A stretch of 63,732 nucleotides of DNA, counting the filler, from Chrysochromulina tobinii (Eukaryota): the NCBI GenBank assembly GCA_001275005.1. It is 5 parts of 5 records of this genome, joined end to end, with 100 filler letters (N's around TTAATTAATTAA, not from the genome) between each part and the next. Parts side by side here need not be neighbours in the genome. Positions count along the whole stretch, not along the records: positions 1 to 22,066 come from JWZX01001139.1; 4 more parts are not named here. One strand, written 5' to 3'. How positions within the stretch are numbered: the stretch's first letter is position 1; the number at the start of each line of letters is the position of its first letter. Below are positions 11,419 to 22,166 of the stretch, piece after piece. The notes beneath the pieces are model-generated. The model saw only the letters and a program-made list of their open reading frames with translations. It did not search any database and was not told the origin of the DNA. The position numbers and the translations under genes were made by a program.

Positions 11419-12779
11419 ATGCAGGCACCGCCGACGCGTAGCGCCCGGCGGTGCGGCCTACCATCCGGATCCGACGTCTTCGCCAAGGCCGAGCGGGCGC
11501 GACAGGAGGCAGCCTGGAAGCGGAAGCTAAAGTGGGCGGAGAAGGCACACATCGAGACCATGCGCATGCTGCAGCAGGACGACATGGCCGACAGCGGCAT
11601 GTCGGCCGAGGAGTTCAATGCGGCCGTGGAGGCGCAGGCGTCGCCGTGGACCACCAACGGTAAGAAGAAGCCGCAACCGCCCTCGTCGCCGCGGCCGAAA
11701 TCCGCGCGGCCGGCCACGCCCACGACCACCACCGTCCAGATCCCGCCCAGACTGCTCGCGATCTGGGCATCCCGACCTGACTGCTACCGGCAAGGGTATC
11801 AGCAGGGCTACCAGAAGAGCTACGCGGAGTTCTCGCGAGAGGTCGAGCGCATCGAGCAGGCTCATGTGAGTGTGCATGGTGAGATGTCGTCCGAGCTGTT
11901 CAAGGAGCGCGAGGCGCAACGTGAGCTCCGCCAGACCCGCCAGACCTTTGCCACGCTACACCACTCGAAGGAGATGTCGGATATGTGCTACGAGTTGTCC
12001 AAGGAGCACGCGGCTCAGCGCGAGCTCAGCCAGAAGTTGGATCGCTGCACCGTGTGAAGTCGATGACGGACTTGGCGCTCCAGTCCGAGCGTCACGAGCA
12101 CGAGCGCACCCGCGCGCGACTCGACGCGGTCGAGAGGGTGGTACTGCAGGCAAACGAGCTCGCCAACCAGCTCGACCGTGAGCGCCAGATGCACGAGGCG
12201 ACTGCCCTTGATCTCGCGAACGTGCTCGCCCGCGAGCGTTCGGTGCACGACACGATGCGGCAGCAGCTCTCGCAGCAGCAGCTCGATCTGCAGAGCGCGG
12301 AGACACAGGCAGCACGCGAGTCCACGACGCAGCAGCGGCAGCTCAGCGAGCGGCTGGGCACGTGCGAGGCTGCGCTCGCGCGCCGTGACGAGCGGCTGGG
12401 CACGTGCGAGGCTGCACTCGCGCGCCGTGACGAGCGGCTGGGCACGTGCGAGGCTGCGCTCGCGCGCCGTGACGAGCGGCTCAACGAGCTTGAGCGAGCC
12501 AAGTACGAGCTCAGCTTGCAGCTTGACGTGGCGCAGCTGGCCCAGCGCGACGCCACCGCGCAGCTCGACACGGCGCTACTGACTCGACGCGAGCTTGAGA
12601 CACAACTTGAGGCGACGCAGCGGGGCGACATCGAAGCGATCGCCTCGCAGTTTGCGGCAGTCCGTCAGCGCAATAGCGAGCTGGAGGCAGAGCTCCGGCT
12701 CGCTACCAAAGAGCTCCAGGCAGCCCGTCAGCGCAACAGCATGCTGCTGCTGACTTCACAGCTCAAGCCAAAGAGGTAG
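11419..12779 (+). CDS. Coiled-coil protein split over two overlapping frames (frameshift or unrecognised intron near 12035-12050)
   Basis: ORFs 11419-12057 and 11985-12779 are both E/Q/R-rich coiled coil and overlap. Confidence 0.45.
12348..12480 (+). repeat. Coding tandem repeat, 42 nt x3 (ERLGTCEAALARRD)
   Basis: GAGCGGCTGGGCACGTGCGAGGCTGC(G/A)CTCGCGCGCCGTGAC repeated three times. Confidence 0.9.
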
Positions 12780-13510
12780 GTCAGTACGTGCAGAGGTCCA
12801 CTGCCGTGCCGCAGGGGTCACCCTCTACCAGCGCCCTCTCCCGACACGCGATCTACCAAAGTTTTTATCTACGATCCGGCGCGCATGCCGGCGCGGCGAC
12901 GCCGATCGCGCCGCCAGGCCGGTGGCCGCGTATCACGGGCCGCAACGGGAGCTCGGCGTTTGAGATTGAGTGTGTCGAGACTCCGAGTGTCTGTGCCTGC
13001 GCGCTGTTGGAGCCGCTGTGGCGTGTGTGGACAACACGCAACTGCCGACGCTACTGTATACACTTAATGAGCCCCAGCACACAAACACCGACTCTGTCGT
13101 CAAGAATGGGATCGGTCCGCTGCTACACCGGCGCTAGCACGGCGCCTAGCAAGCCCAAATCAATAAGGACTTAAGGAGTGTTAGGAGTCGGTGTTGCGCC
13201 GCACGGCATGCGTCCGACCGCCGCAGTCACCCGCGCACCGTTCCGTGCTCTCCGCTGGAGGGCAGTGCCGCTCTATACGCACGACGTCTCCGTCTCTCTC
13301 TCATGATAGTTCCCCTCTCGCAACAAGCCCACGCGAGATGTGGGCACACGCCGTTCTGGGCACGCGAGTCTACAGCCCTACGCTCACTCAGGCAAGACGT
13401 TGACAAATCAATAAGTCATCATTCTAGAAGTCATTCGAGAGGAGGGCGTGATGATCATCGATGATGACCACTGATGATGACCATGGATGACCTCTTGATT
13501 AAGAAGTCGT

Positions 13511-14359
13511 TCAAGAAGAGGACGTGATGGCATTCGGCCTGATAGGCGACAAAGGCGCCGCGTTCGGATCCGGATCTGCAGCTCCGCCCTCCTTGCCCTT
13601 CCCTCGGCGCGAGTTGCTCCGGCCACCTTTGCCACTTCCACGGCCGCCACCGTCCTTGCCAGGAGTGTCGTCGTCCGACTCGTGCGGCATCGAAGACTTC
13701 GCCTCTGCTCGAGATGGGGCAGAGCCGTCAGGGAGATCACGTGGGAGATCGTCCTCGCCTCTTCTGCCCCCACCATTGCCGCCGCCCTTGCCTCGCCCCT
13801 TGCCCTTGCGACTGTCGCCCTCCTCGCCGCCACGAGGACTCTCAGCCTCAACACGGCTCTCAGTCCCAGCACCGCCAGCGCCAGCGCCAGTATCAGCGCG
13901 GCTGCCACCCTTGCTGGCGCTGCGACCGCCAGCCTTGCTCCTGGCATCAGATTTCGCATCGCGGCTCTTGCCATCGGGGCTGGCGCTCGCGTTCTTGCCA
14001 TCGGGGCTCGCGCCAGGGCCGCCAGAGCTGTCATTGCCCCCCTTTCCACCAATCCCACCTCCGCCTTTGCCACCCAGCTTGCTTTTTGCTTTGCCTCTGC
14101 CACTTTCAGCTTTGTCCCCTTCGCTCCCCACAACTCTCTCGAGCAGGGTGAAATAGCTCTTCTCCAGTGCCGCAAGCTTCTCGCCCTGCGTGCTGGTGGT
14201 GGCTTTGAAGCTGTTGACAGCTTCGGTGACATCGTCAAGCTGACGATCAACCCGCCGAGAGCGCGAGGAGGCAAGCTTCATGGTAGCGAGCAGCTTCTGC
14301 AGGTCCGCAATGCTCTTCGCTCCTGTCGCCGTTGGCTGAGACTGCACCATGGCGGCCAT
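13511..14359 (-). CDS. Hypothetical low-complexity G/K/S-rich protein with a short coiled coil
   Basis: ORF 13511-14788; the most plausible start is MAAMVQ at 14359. Confidence 0.4.
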   Translation of the reverse strand: MAAMVQSQPTATGAKSIADLQKLLATMKLASSRSRRVDRQLDDVTEAVNSFKATTSTQGEKLAALEKSYFTLLERVVGSEGDKAESGRGKAKSKLGGKGGGGIGGKGGNDSSGGPGASPDGKNASASPDGKSRDAKSDARSKAGGRSASKGGSRADTGAGAGGAGTESRVEAESPRGGEEGDSRKGKGRGKGGGNGGGRRGEDDLPRDLPDGSAPSRAEAKSSMPHESDDDTPGKDGGGRGSGKGGRSNSRRGKGKEGGAADPDPNAAPLSPIRPNAITSSS

Positions 14360-15195
14360 GTCAACTCGTGTGCGGCGCGCGGTGGCGGCGCCGCCCGCGT
14401 CGTGGAGCGGCGGTAGCGTGGATACCTGTGCGCGATCGTCCGCTCTTCCCGGGAAGTGTGAAGTCAAGTGACTCGACTTGAAGTGTGAACGGAACGCGAC
14501 ACACGTGTCGTCGGTGGCGCCGGGGAGGCGCGTCTGGCGCGCGAGGTGGCGAAGGATGGTCATGAACGTAGCCGCGAGCGCGCCGGTCGCATGGGGTTGG
14601 AGCTTGGGGGTCGGCAAGATAAGCAAATACACTACGCGCCGCAACCAAACCATGAACCAAACGTCGTCGTCGATGCCACATGTACCGGATGAATCGATGC
14701 ATATTGCATCTGATGATGAAGATGTGCAAACGAATGATCTCTCTCTCGATAACGATATAGTGCGGATGAATGCGGAGGACGGGTGCACGGGTCCGAAACG
14801 CGAAAGGGCCTAAGGGGAGGAAGCTCCAGAACTCTCGCCTTGAACCAGCGTACCCGCCTTCGTGTCGTCGTATGACGCGGCGGCTCGAATGGCAAAGCCC
14901 AGTTACGACCCCGGCGCGGCCCTGAACAGCTACAACACAAACATGCGTGCGTACACCGCCGTCCTCCTTTACGCTTTCGTTTCCCTTTTGGGCCGATCTT
15001 TGGCCCCAGACCCAGTGTTATCGCTGGGCCGCTCGGCATCGCACCCCTCTGGCCCTCTGCTCTGCCGCTCACACGTCGCACTCTCATGGGCCCTATGCAG
15101 ACAAAGGCGCCGGTCACGCGAGGCGCCCGGGCGTCGTGGCATCATCATGGGCACCCTTGAGCCCTCCTCACGACGGCCGTCGCGTCGGCCAGTGC

Positions 15196-18114
15196 TCACG
15201 CGGCGAGCTTCTTGGCCGCGGCGACCACCTCCGGCGAGAGGGTGATCGTGGTCGCCTTGTCATTGTACGTGGCGAGCTGGTCGAAGTTGAGGTACCGGTA
15301 CGTGTCCGCGGCCGACGCGTCGATCTTCTTCCAGGCCTCGAGGTACTCGTCGGGCGTGGGCAGCTTGCCCTTGATGGCCGCGAGCGCCGCAAGCTCAGCC
15401 GAGGCGAGGAAGACATCGGCGCCGTTGCCCAGGCGGTTGGGAAAGTTGCGAGTGGACGTGGAGACGACTTTGGCCTTGTCCGCGACGCGCGCCTGGTTGC
15501 CCATGCAGAGCGAGCAACCGGGCATCTCGGTACGCGCGCCCGCCTTGCCATAGATGGAGTAGTAGCCCTCCGCGGTGAGCTGGGCGGCGTCCATCTTGGT
15601 TGGGGGGGACACCCAGAGGCGCGTGGGCAGCTGCCCCTTGAACGAGTCGAGCATCTTGCCCGCGGCGCGGAAATGGCCGATGTTGGTCATACACGAGCCG
15701 ATGAAGACCTCGTCGATCTTGGAGCCAGCAATCGTGGGATCCGAAAGGAGCCGTGCGTCATCGGGATCGTTCGGGCAGCACAGGATGGGCTCCTTGAGCT
15801 GGTCCATGTTGATCTCGATCGTCTCGTAGTACCTGAGGAGGGGCGCACGCAGTGCTCATCAGCGCCATCAGTGGCAATCATCAATGGCCATCAGTACCGC
15901 CTTCCTGAGCTTCGGCCATCAGTGGCAATCATCAGAGGCAATCATCAGTCATCTACGTACTTGGCCGCCTTGTCCGCCTTCATGAGCTTCGGCTTAGCGA
16001 GCCACTCCTCCATGTTGGCGATACGGCGCTCGAGCGTACGCCGGTCGCCGTAGCCCTCGGCGATCATCCACTTGAGCATCACTACGTTCGAGGTCAGGTA
16101 CTCGGAAATCGGCGCCTGGTCGAGCGAGATTGTGCAGCCGGCCGCAGAGCGCTCCGCGGACGCATCCGAGAGCTCGAAGGCCTGCTCGCACTTGAGGTGC
16201 TCCAGGCCCTCGATCTCGAGGATGCGGCCCGAGAAGACGTTGATCTTGCCCTTCTTCTCGACGGTGAGCAGCCCGCGCTGGCGCGCCGCGTACGGGATCG
16301 CGTGCACGAGGTCGCGCAGGGTGATGCCCGGCTGCATCGTGCCAGTGAACTTGACGAGCACGGACTCGGGCATGTCGAGGGGCATTGTGCCGGTGGCGGC
16401 GGCGAAGGCGACGAGGCCCGAACCGGCGGGGAAGGAGATGCCGATCGGGAAGCGCGTGTGCGAGTCGCCGCCCGTGCCCACCGTGTCCGGGAGCAGCATG
16501 CGGTTGAGCCACGAGTGGATGATGCCGTCGCCAGGGCGCAGCGAGACGCCGCCGCGGTTCATGATGAAGTCGGGGAGCGTGTGGTGTGTCTTGACGTCGA
16601 CAGGCTTGGGGTACGCGGCGGTGTGGCAGAAGGACTGCATCACGAGGTCGGCCGAGAAGCCGAGGCAGGCGAGGTCCTTGAGCTCATCGCGCGTCATCGG
16701 GCCGGTCGTATCCTGCGAGCCTACGGTCGTCATGAGCGGCTCGCAGTACTCGCCAGGGGATACTCCAGGGCGGCCGCATGCCTTGCCGACCATCTTCTGA
16801 GCGAGTGTGTAGCCCGCGGGCGTGGGGGGCGCGTCGCCGAGCGAGCGGAAGACTGTCGTCGCCGGCAGATCGAGTGCCGTGCGCGCGCGCGACGTGAGGC
16901 CGCGTCCGATGATAAGTGGGATGCGCCCACCAGCGCGCACCTCGTCAAAGATGACCTGGGTCTTCACCTCGAACTTGGCGAGCACCTGATGAGGGAGGCC
17001 ATCAGTGGTCATCAAAGGCAATCAGATGAGGGCGAGGGTGGTCTCGAGCTTTGGCGAGCACCTCGCCGGTCGTGTGCGACTTCGCGACGCCCTCGTACGG
17101 GTAGATGTCGACGACGTCGTTCATGTGCATCTTGCTCACGTCCATCTCGATCGGCAGCGCGCCTGCGTCCTGCATCGTGTTGAAGAAGATGGGGGCGATC
17201 TTGCTACCGATGCAGATGCCGCCGCCGCGCTTGTTCGGCACGTAGGGCAGGTCGTCACCCATGTACCACAGGACAGAGTTGGTGGCCGACTTGCGCGACG
17301 AGCCGGTGCCGACCACGTCACCCACGTACGCGAGCGGGAAGCCCTTCTTCATCGCCTCGTCGATCTGTGCCTTGGTGCCGTTCTCCTTGTCGGTGACGCC
17401 CTTGATGCCGTCGCGCGGGTGCTTGAGCATAGCGAGAGCGTGCAGCGGGATATCGGGGCGCGACCAGGCGTCAGGCGCCGGCGAAAGGTCGTCGGTGTTG
17501 GTCTCGCCCGTCACCTTGAACACGGTGAACGTTATCTTCTTCGCCACCTCCGGACGCGACGTGAACCACTCCGCGTCCGCCCACGACTTCATGACGCGCT
17601 TGGCAGCGGCATTGCCCTTCTTGGCCTTGTCCTGAACGTCGTGGAAGGAATCGAAGACGAGGATGGTCTTGGACAGCGCGTCGGCCGCGATCTCGGCGAG
17701 GTCCGGCTTGTCGAGCGCGTCGACGAGAGGCTGGATGTTGTAGCCGCCCTGCATGGTGCCGAGCAGGAAGACGGCATCCTTCTGCGAGATGAGCGGCGAC
17801 GTGGCGTCGCCCTTGGCGACGGCGGCGAGGAAGCCCGCCTTGACGTAGGCGGCCTCGTCGACGCCGGGTGGCACGCGCATCTTGAGCAGCTCGAGCAGCT
17901 CCTTGCCCTCATCCGCCGGCGGCTTCTGGAGCAGCTCCACGAGCGCTGCCGTCTTGGCCGCATCGAGCGGCTTGGGCACGATGCCCATCGCGGCGCGCTC
18001 AGCCACCTCTTTCTTGTAGTTGGTCATGAAGGTCGACGCCATGCGCACGGCGCCGAGGCGCACCGCCGGCGCCGAAGCACGGGCCTGCACGAGGCGCGAC
18101 GCCCGAGACAGCAT
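15196..18114 (-). CDS. acnB: Aconitate hydratase B (bacterial-type AcnB) with a mitochondrial-type transit peptide; 3 exons (introns 16986-17061, 15833-15960)
   Basis: [84 protein letters not shown]-terminus [27 protein letters not shown] is R/S/A-rich. Both introns splice in frame. Confidence 0.95.
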
Positions 18115-18327
18115 CGGAAAGCGCAGGACCCCCTGATTACAAGTCTCCCCCGTGACGTCATCAAGAAAAGAGTCGCTGTGGAAAACGACGCGCATTGAGC
18201 GCGTTGCGAGTTACAGTGTACATGTACCTCATCAAGGGGCTCCTCCCAGGCCGCGCCGCGCAGCTCACTTGCTCGTTAGTGCTCGCGCCACCCCCCCCGT
18301 CCAGTTCGGGAGCAAATCCTTGCTTGT

Positions 18328-18420
18328 CATGTCCAAGTCAAGTCAAGTCAAGTCAAGTCAAGTCAAGTCAGTTGACTTGACTTGACTTGACTTGACTTGA
18401 CTTGACTTGACTCATGTCCA
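18328..18420. mobile_element. Foldback microsatellite insertion (AGTCA)7-GT-(TGACT)8 flanked by an 8-bp direct repeat CATGTCCA
   Basis: Perfect inverted pentamer arrays at 18336-18412; CATGTCCA at 18328-18335 and 18413-18420. Confidence 0.65.
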
Positions 18421-18444
18421 CTTGAATTGACACGTTCGCGGCAA

Positions 18445-19395
18445 ATGAGCGCATCCTGCCTCGTGCCCTTCAGCATGTCGTGCAACGCGACACTCCTGCT
18501 CCCGCCGAAGGTGGCATGCGCGCATCCATGCTCGTGGAACGGCGGAATCGAGAGTCCCATGTTTGTCCACAAGATTTCGGATACAACGCGCTGCCCCTGC
18601 GCACATGTTCCGCTCACAGCGTTTGCAGTGGATGGGGGTGCGTCATCCGATGCTCTTGGCTGGGCCAGGGCCCGAGACCAGTGGAACATTGTCGCATTTG
18701 AACCCCTCCCCCGCAACTGCCTGCGTTCTGCACGCGTGCTCAGTCCGTTCGCACCACGAGTGCGGCTCGTGTGCAGCGCACTCTCCAACGTCAAGGGCCC
18801 CGCTGTGTTTGACGATCAAGGGGAGTCAGATTCAATGGGCAGTCTTAGCGCTGGCGCTGCGAATGCGGATGGCGTATGGAACCGTAGCATTTCCGTGATT
18901 GTGAATACCACCACATTGGACGATGTCATGAGTGGCAGCACAGGGTCGATCTTCCTGCTCAAGCTCGACCTTCAAGGCGCTGAGGTGCTGGCTCTGCGTG
19001 GCGCGGCAAAGCTGCTACACGAGCAGCGTATTTCGTGGATCTTCTGCGAGTTCGACCCGTTCATTCTTCAATTGTCTGGCACGTCTGCGCACCTTCTCCT
19101 TGACCTGCTTGCATCACATGGCTTTTCTTGCCACAACTTTCGCGGTAGGTCCTGGCGGCCGTGGAACTACTACAGGAGGTCCGATGGTAGTACGAATTAC
19201 TGGACGAACCTCATCTGTGGCCATAATAGTGTTGCCCGATGGGTCGGTGGTGACTGGCGACGCGAGCTTCTCTCAGAATACTGCAAGGAGCAGAGGTGTA
19301 CCATCAATATCAATCAGAATCACACAATCGGAGCTACGAAGGCGCGGCGAGGTCATGGGCGAGGTGAGCTGGTGTGCAGGGACGTATGTGGGTAG
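18445..19395 (+). CDS. FkbM family methyltransferase
   Basis: AVDGGA, IVAFEPLPRN, TTTLDD, LLKLDLQGAEVLALRGA; start uncertain. Confidence 0.8.
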   Translation: MSASCLVPFSMSCNATLLLPPKVACAHPCSWNGGIESPMFVHKISDTTRCPCAHVPLTAFAVDGGASSDALGWARARDQWNIVAFEPLPRNCLRSARVLSPFAPRVRLVCSALSNVKGPAVFDDQGESDSMGSLSAGAANADGVWNRSISVIVNTTTLDDVMSGSTGSIFLLKLDLQGAEVLALRGAAKLLHEQRISWIFCEFDPFILQLSGTSAHLLLDLLASHGFSCHNFRGRSWRPWNYYRRSDGSTNYWTNLICGHNSVARWVGGDWRRELLSEYCKEQRCTININQNHTIGATKARRGHGRGELVCRDVCG

Positions 19396-19662
19396 TTCTA
19401 CTACTGTACTGGGCCCACTCTTGGTCTCTTGCAACTCTTAACCACCTCGAGGTGCCACCTGTGTACGGTCTGTTGTACTGGGGTTGTGTCGAGAAGCAGA
19501 TGGCTCCCTTCCCGCCCACGAACCATCAAGAAACTTGAATGTCGTCTCACCGACATGGCTTGAGCTCCAACGATTGCCATCCGTGTGGCGGCTCAGCAAC
19601 GTTTCACGCGCCGTCGTGAGCGCGTCGGGTCGGGCGCGCGGCGTCGGGCGTCGGAACGAAAA

Positions 19663-21129
19663 ATGGGTCAGCAACCCTCGCAGCATCATCTTGACGAGGA
19701 CGACGCCGACGAGGACGAGCGGTCGCTGCCACCACCATCGTTGCTGCCACCACCATCGTTGCTGCCACCACCATCCATCGCCCGTCAGAACACCATCGAC
19801 CTATTCGAGCCCGACCCGCTGGCACACGAGGAACTCACAGGCCGGGAGGCTTACTTTGACGAACGCATCCGCACAATATCGCAGGCGATCACGGCACTCG
19901 GCGTCATCGCCGCGGGCATGTACTACCTCAAGGACGTGCTCATTCCCTTCCTCCTTGCCCTCGCGCTCAAGTACCTGCTCACACCACTCATCGATTGCTT
20001 AGCTTGCCAAGATATGAAGTGTCGCTTCAGGCTGCCGCGGGCCCTTGCGGTGCTCCTTGCCATCCTCGTGGCGTTCCTTGGCATGGTGGTGCTCGCCCTC
20101 ATCCTTGCGCGCTCGCTGAGCACCTTCAAAAGCAAGTCCGACTTTTACGGATATAGGGTGCAGCAGCTCGCCTTGAGGGAGTACATCACCTTGCGCGACT
20201 TCCTGCCATCCGACATGAAGCGGTCCCTCGACCACCTGAACGTGAGCGCCGAGATCAACAAGGCGCTCGCTGAGATCAAGATCGGCAACCTGATCCTCGA
20301 CCTGCTCGGCACGGCGGGCGCGCTCGCCGAGACGGTGCTCTACGTAACGCTCATTCTGATGTTTCTGCTCGTGGGGCATGGGCCGGCCGACGAGGCGCAG
20401 CGCTCTGGTCTGATGGCCAAGATCGACAAGCAGATCTTTGTCTACATCCGCGGCAAGATCGGCCTCTCCTTGCTCGTCGCGGTGCTCAACTGCACCATCT
20501 ATTTCCTAATCGGGCTCGAGCTGTGGCTCGTGTTCGGAGTGCTTGCCTTCTTCCTTTCCTTCATCCCGGCAATCGGGCTCGCCATCTCGGTCTGCCTGCC
20601 CATGCCCATCGTCATCCTCGACCCGAGCTTCACCTTCTGGCCCACGTTGTTCGCCTTTTGGGGCCCCGTCGTCGCGGTCACCCTCGTGAAGGACGTCCTC
20701 GAGCCGCTCGTACTCGGTAATGCGACGTCACTCCAGCCTGTGGCCGTGGTGCTCGCGATCATGCTCTTCGGCAGCGTGTGGGGAATCCCAGGTATGATCA
20801 TGGCGGTCCCGATGACGGCCGTCATCCGCCTCGTCCTCTCCAACGTCGACCATCCGCTGGCCAAGTTTGTCGTCCTCTGCCTCGCTGGGACGAATGGCCC
20901 GCCACTGCCTGAAGTCATGAAGGCCAGGAGGCTGTCCAGAGAGACGCACTCGCAGCTTGCGCCGCCGTCCTCGACCGGCATGAAGTGTGGCATTGGGAAG
21001 TACGGGGGAGGTAGCACGAGTACGACGGCACAGACGCCGACCATGTCCGGGTCGGCTGCCGGGTCGCCCCCTGATAGAGGAGCAGATGCAATGAGCTTTA
21101 GGCTCCCCCCGCCAACCGCTCTGGTCTGA
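19663..21129 (+). CDS. AI-2E (UPF0118/PerM) family transporter
   Basis: Multi-pass hydrophobic ORF with LIPFLLALALKYLLTP, FFLSFIPAIG, LEPLVLG, WGIPGMIMAVP. Confidence 0.85.
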   Translation: MGQQPSQHHLDEDDADEDERSLPPPSLLPPPSLLPPPSIARQNTIDLFEPDPLAHEELTGREAYFDERIRTISQAITALGVIAAGMYYLKDVLIPFLLALALKYLLTPLIDCLACQDMKCRFRLPRALAVLLAILVAFLGMVVLALILARSLSTFKSKSDFYGYRVQQLALREYITLRDFLPSDMKRSLDHLNVSAEINKALAEIKIGNLILDLLGTAGALAETVLYVTLILMFLLVGHGPADEAQRSGLMAKIDKQIFVYIRGKIGLSLLVAVLNCTIYFLIGLELWLVFGVLAFFLSFIPAIGLAISVCLPMPIVILDPSFTFWPTLFAFWGPVVAVTLVKDVLEPLVLGNATSLQPVAVVLAIMLFGSVWGIPGMIMAVPMTAVIRLVLSNVDHPLAKFVVLCLAGTNGPPLPEVMKARRLSRETHSQLAPPSSTGMKCGIGKYGGGSTSTTAQTPTMSGSAAGSPPDRGADAMSFRLPPPTALV

Positions 21130-21204
21130 TGCGAGCCGACCGGACGATAGTGATTCAGTTAGAATAACCTACACGAAGAGGGAAGCGGGTTCGTCACCTA
21201 CAGC

Positions 21205-22066
21205 ATGGAGAACGTAGTCCGCTCTCGCGACATCGAACATGCATGCGGAGTCTGCGGATCACACACACGGTTCCAGAAAATCACAGGCTCCAGGGCCCAG
21301 GGCAATTGGATGCACGTGTCCAGCCTCCAACCCAACAGCGGTCCCACTGCAGGCAACACTCTAGTCACCTTGAAGGGCCGTTTTGAGAGCGCTTCAGCTG
21401 GTGCCGTGCACTGCCTATTTCACGTCAAGAGCGGGCTCCCGTCTGTCTCGGTCGTCGCCATGGTGCACGGCCCAACGCAAATCTCATGCACCGCGCCAGC
21501 TTGCCCACCCGAATCGTGCGCTGAAGACATCAGCTACGCTTCATTTGCAGTGCGTGCCGAGGGCAGCGCTCCGTCTCGCTCCTCTCTCATCTACACCTAC
21601 TTTGCGCCAGAGAAGGCGCTGGAGGCGCAACTGCTACAAGTCACTCCGTCGGGTGGGCCTCGGCAAGGTGCATCGACGCCGCTGCGCTTAACGACCAATG
21701 GTGCCTTCGCGGAGCTGGCGAGATTTGGCGTGCTGCTGCAAGTCGGCGACAATGCGCCGGTGCCCATCTACTCTAGCGCAACTGAGACAGAGCGAGATTG
21801 GGAAGCTCGGTCGCAAGCTGACCTCACCTGGCCACCAGCGCCGCCTTCCTTGCCTCCAAGCCCTCCGCCGTCGCCACCTCCCCCATCCCCCCCTTCACCA
21901 CCGAGTCCTCCACCATCACCACCGCCACCTTCTCCACCGCCGTCGCCGCCGCCATCGCCACCACCACCGTCGCCTCCTCCGTCCCCTCCCCAGCCGTCAC
22001 CTCCCCCACCTTCGCCGCCACCTTCGCCGCCGCCGCCAAGTCCGCCACCCTCGCCGCCTCCGCCAA
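21205..22066 (+). CDS. IPT/TIG-domain protein with a PPSPP repeat tract, truncated by the contig end
   Basis: LQPNSGPTAGNTLVTLKG and VTPSGGP IPT-like starts, followed by Pro/Ser repeats up to the N gap. Confidence 0.6.
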
Positions 22067-22166
22067 NNNNNNNNNNNNNNNNNNNNNNNNNNNNNNNNNN
22101 NNNNNNNNNNTTAATTAATTAANNNNNNNNNNNNNNNNNNNNNNNNNNNNNNNNNNNNNNNNNNNN
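22067..22166. other. Artificial contig spacer (N44-TTAATTAATTAA-N44); also at 29756-29855, 50696-50795, 61505-61604
   Basis: Identical N-padded linker carrying stops in all frames, seen four times. Confidence 0.98.

Noticed and set aside
14947..18198. Long + strand ORFs opposite acnB (and opposite fabF at 56624-57814)
   Set aside because: Antisense shadows caused by high GC3 codon bias.
22067..22166. TTAATTAATTAA palindrome within N runs (four occurrences)
   Set aside because: Artificial contig-joining spacer; adjacency across it has no biological meaning.
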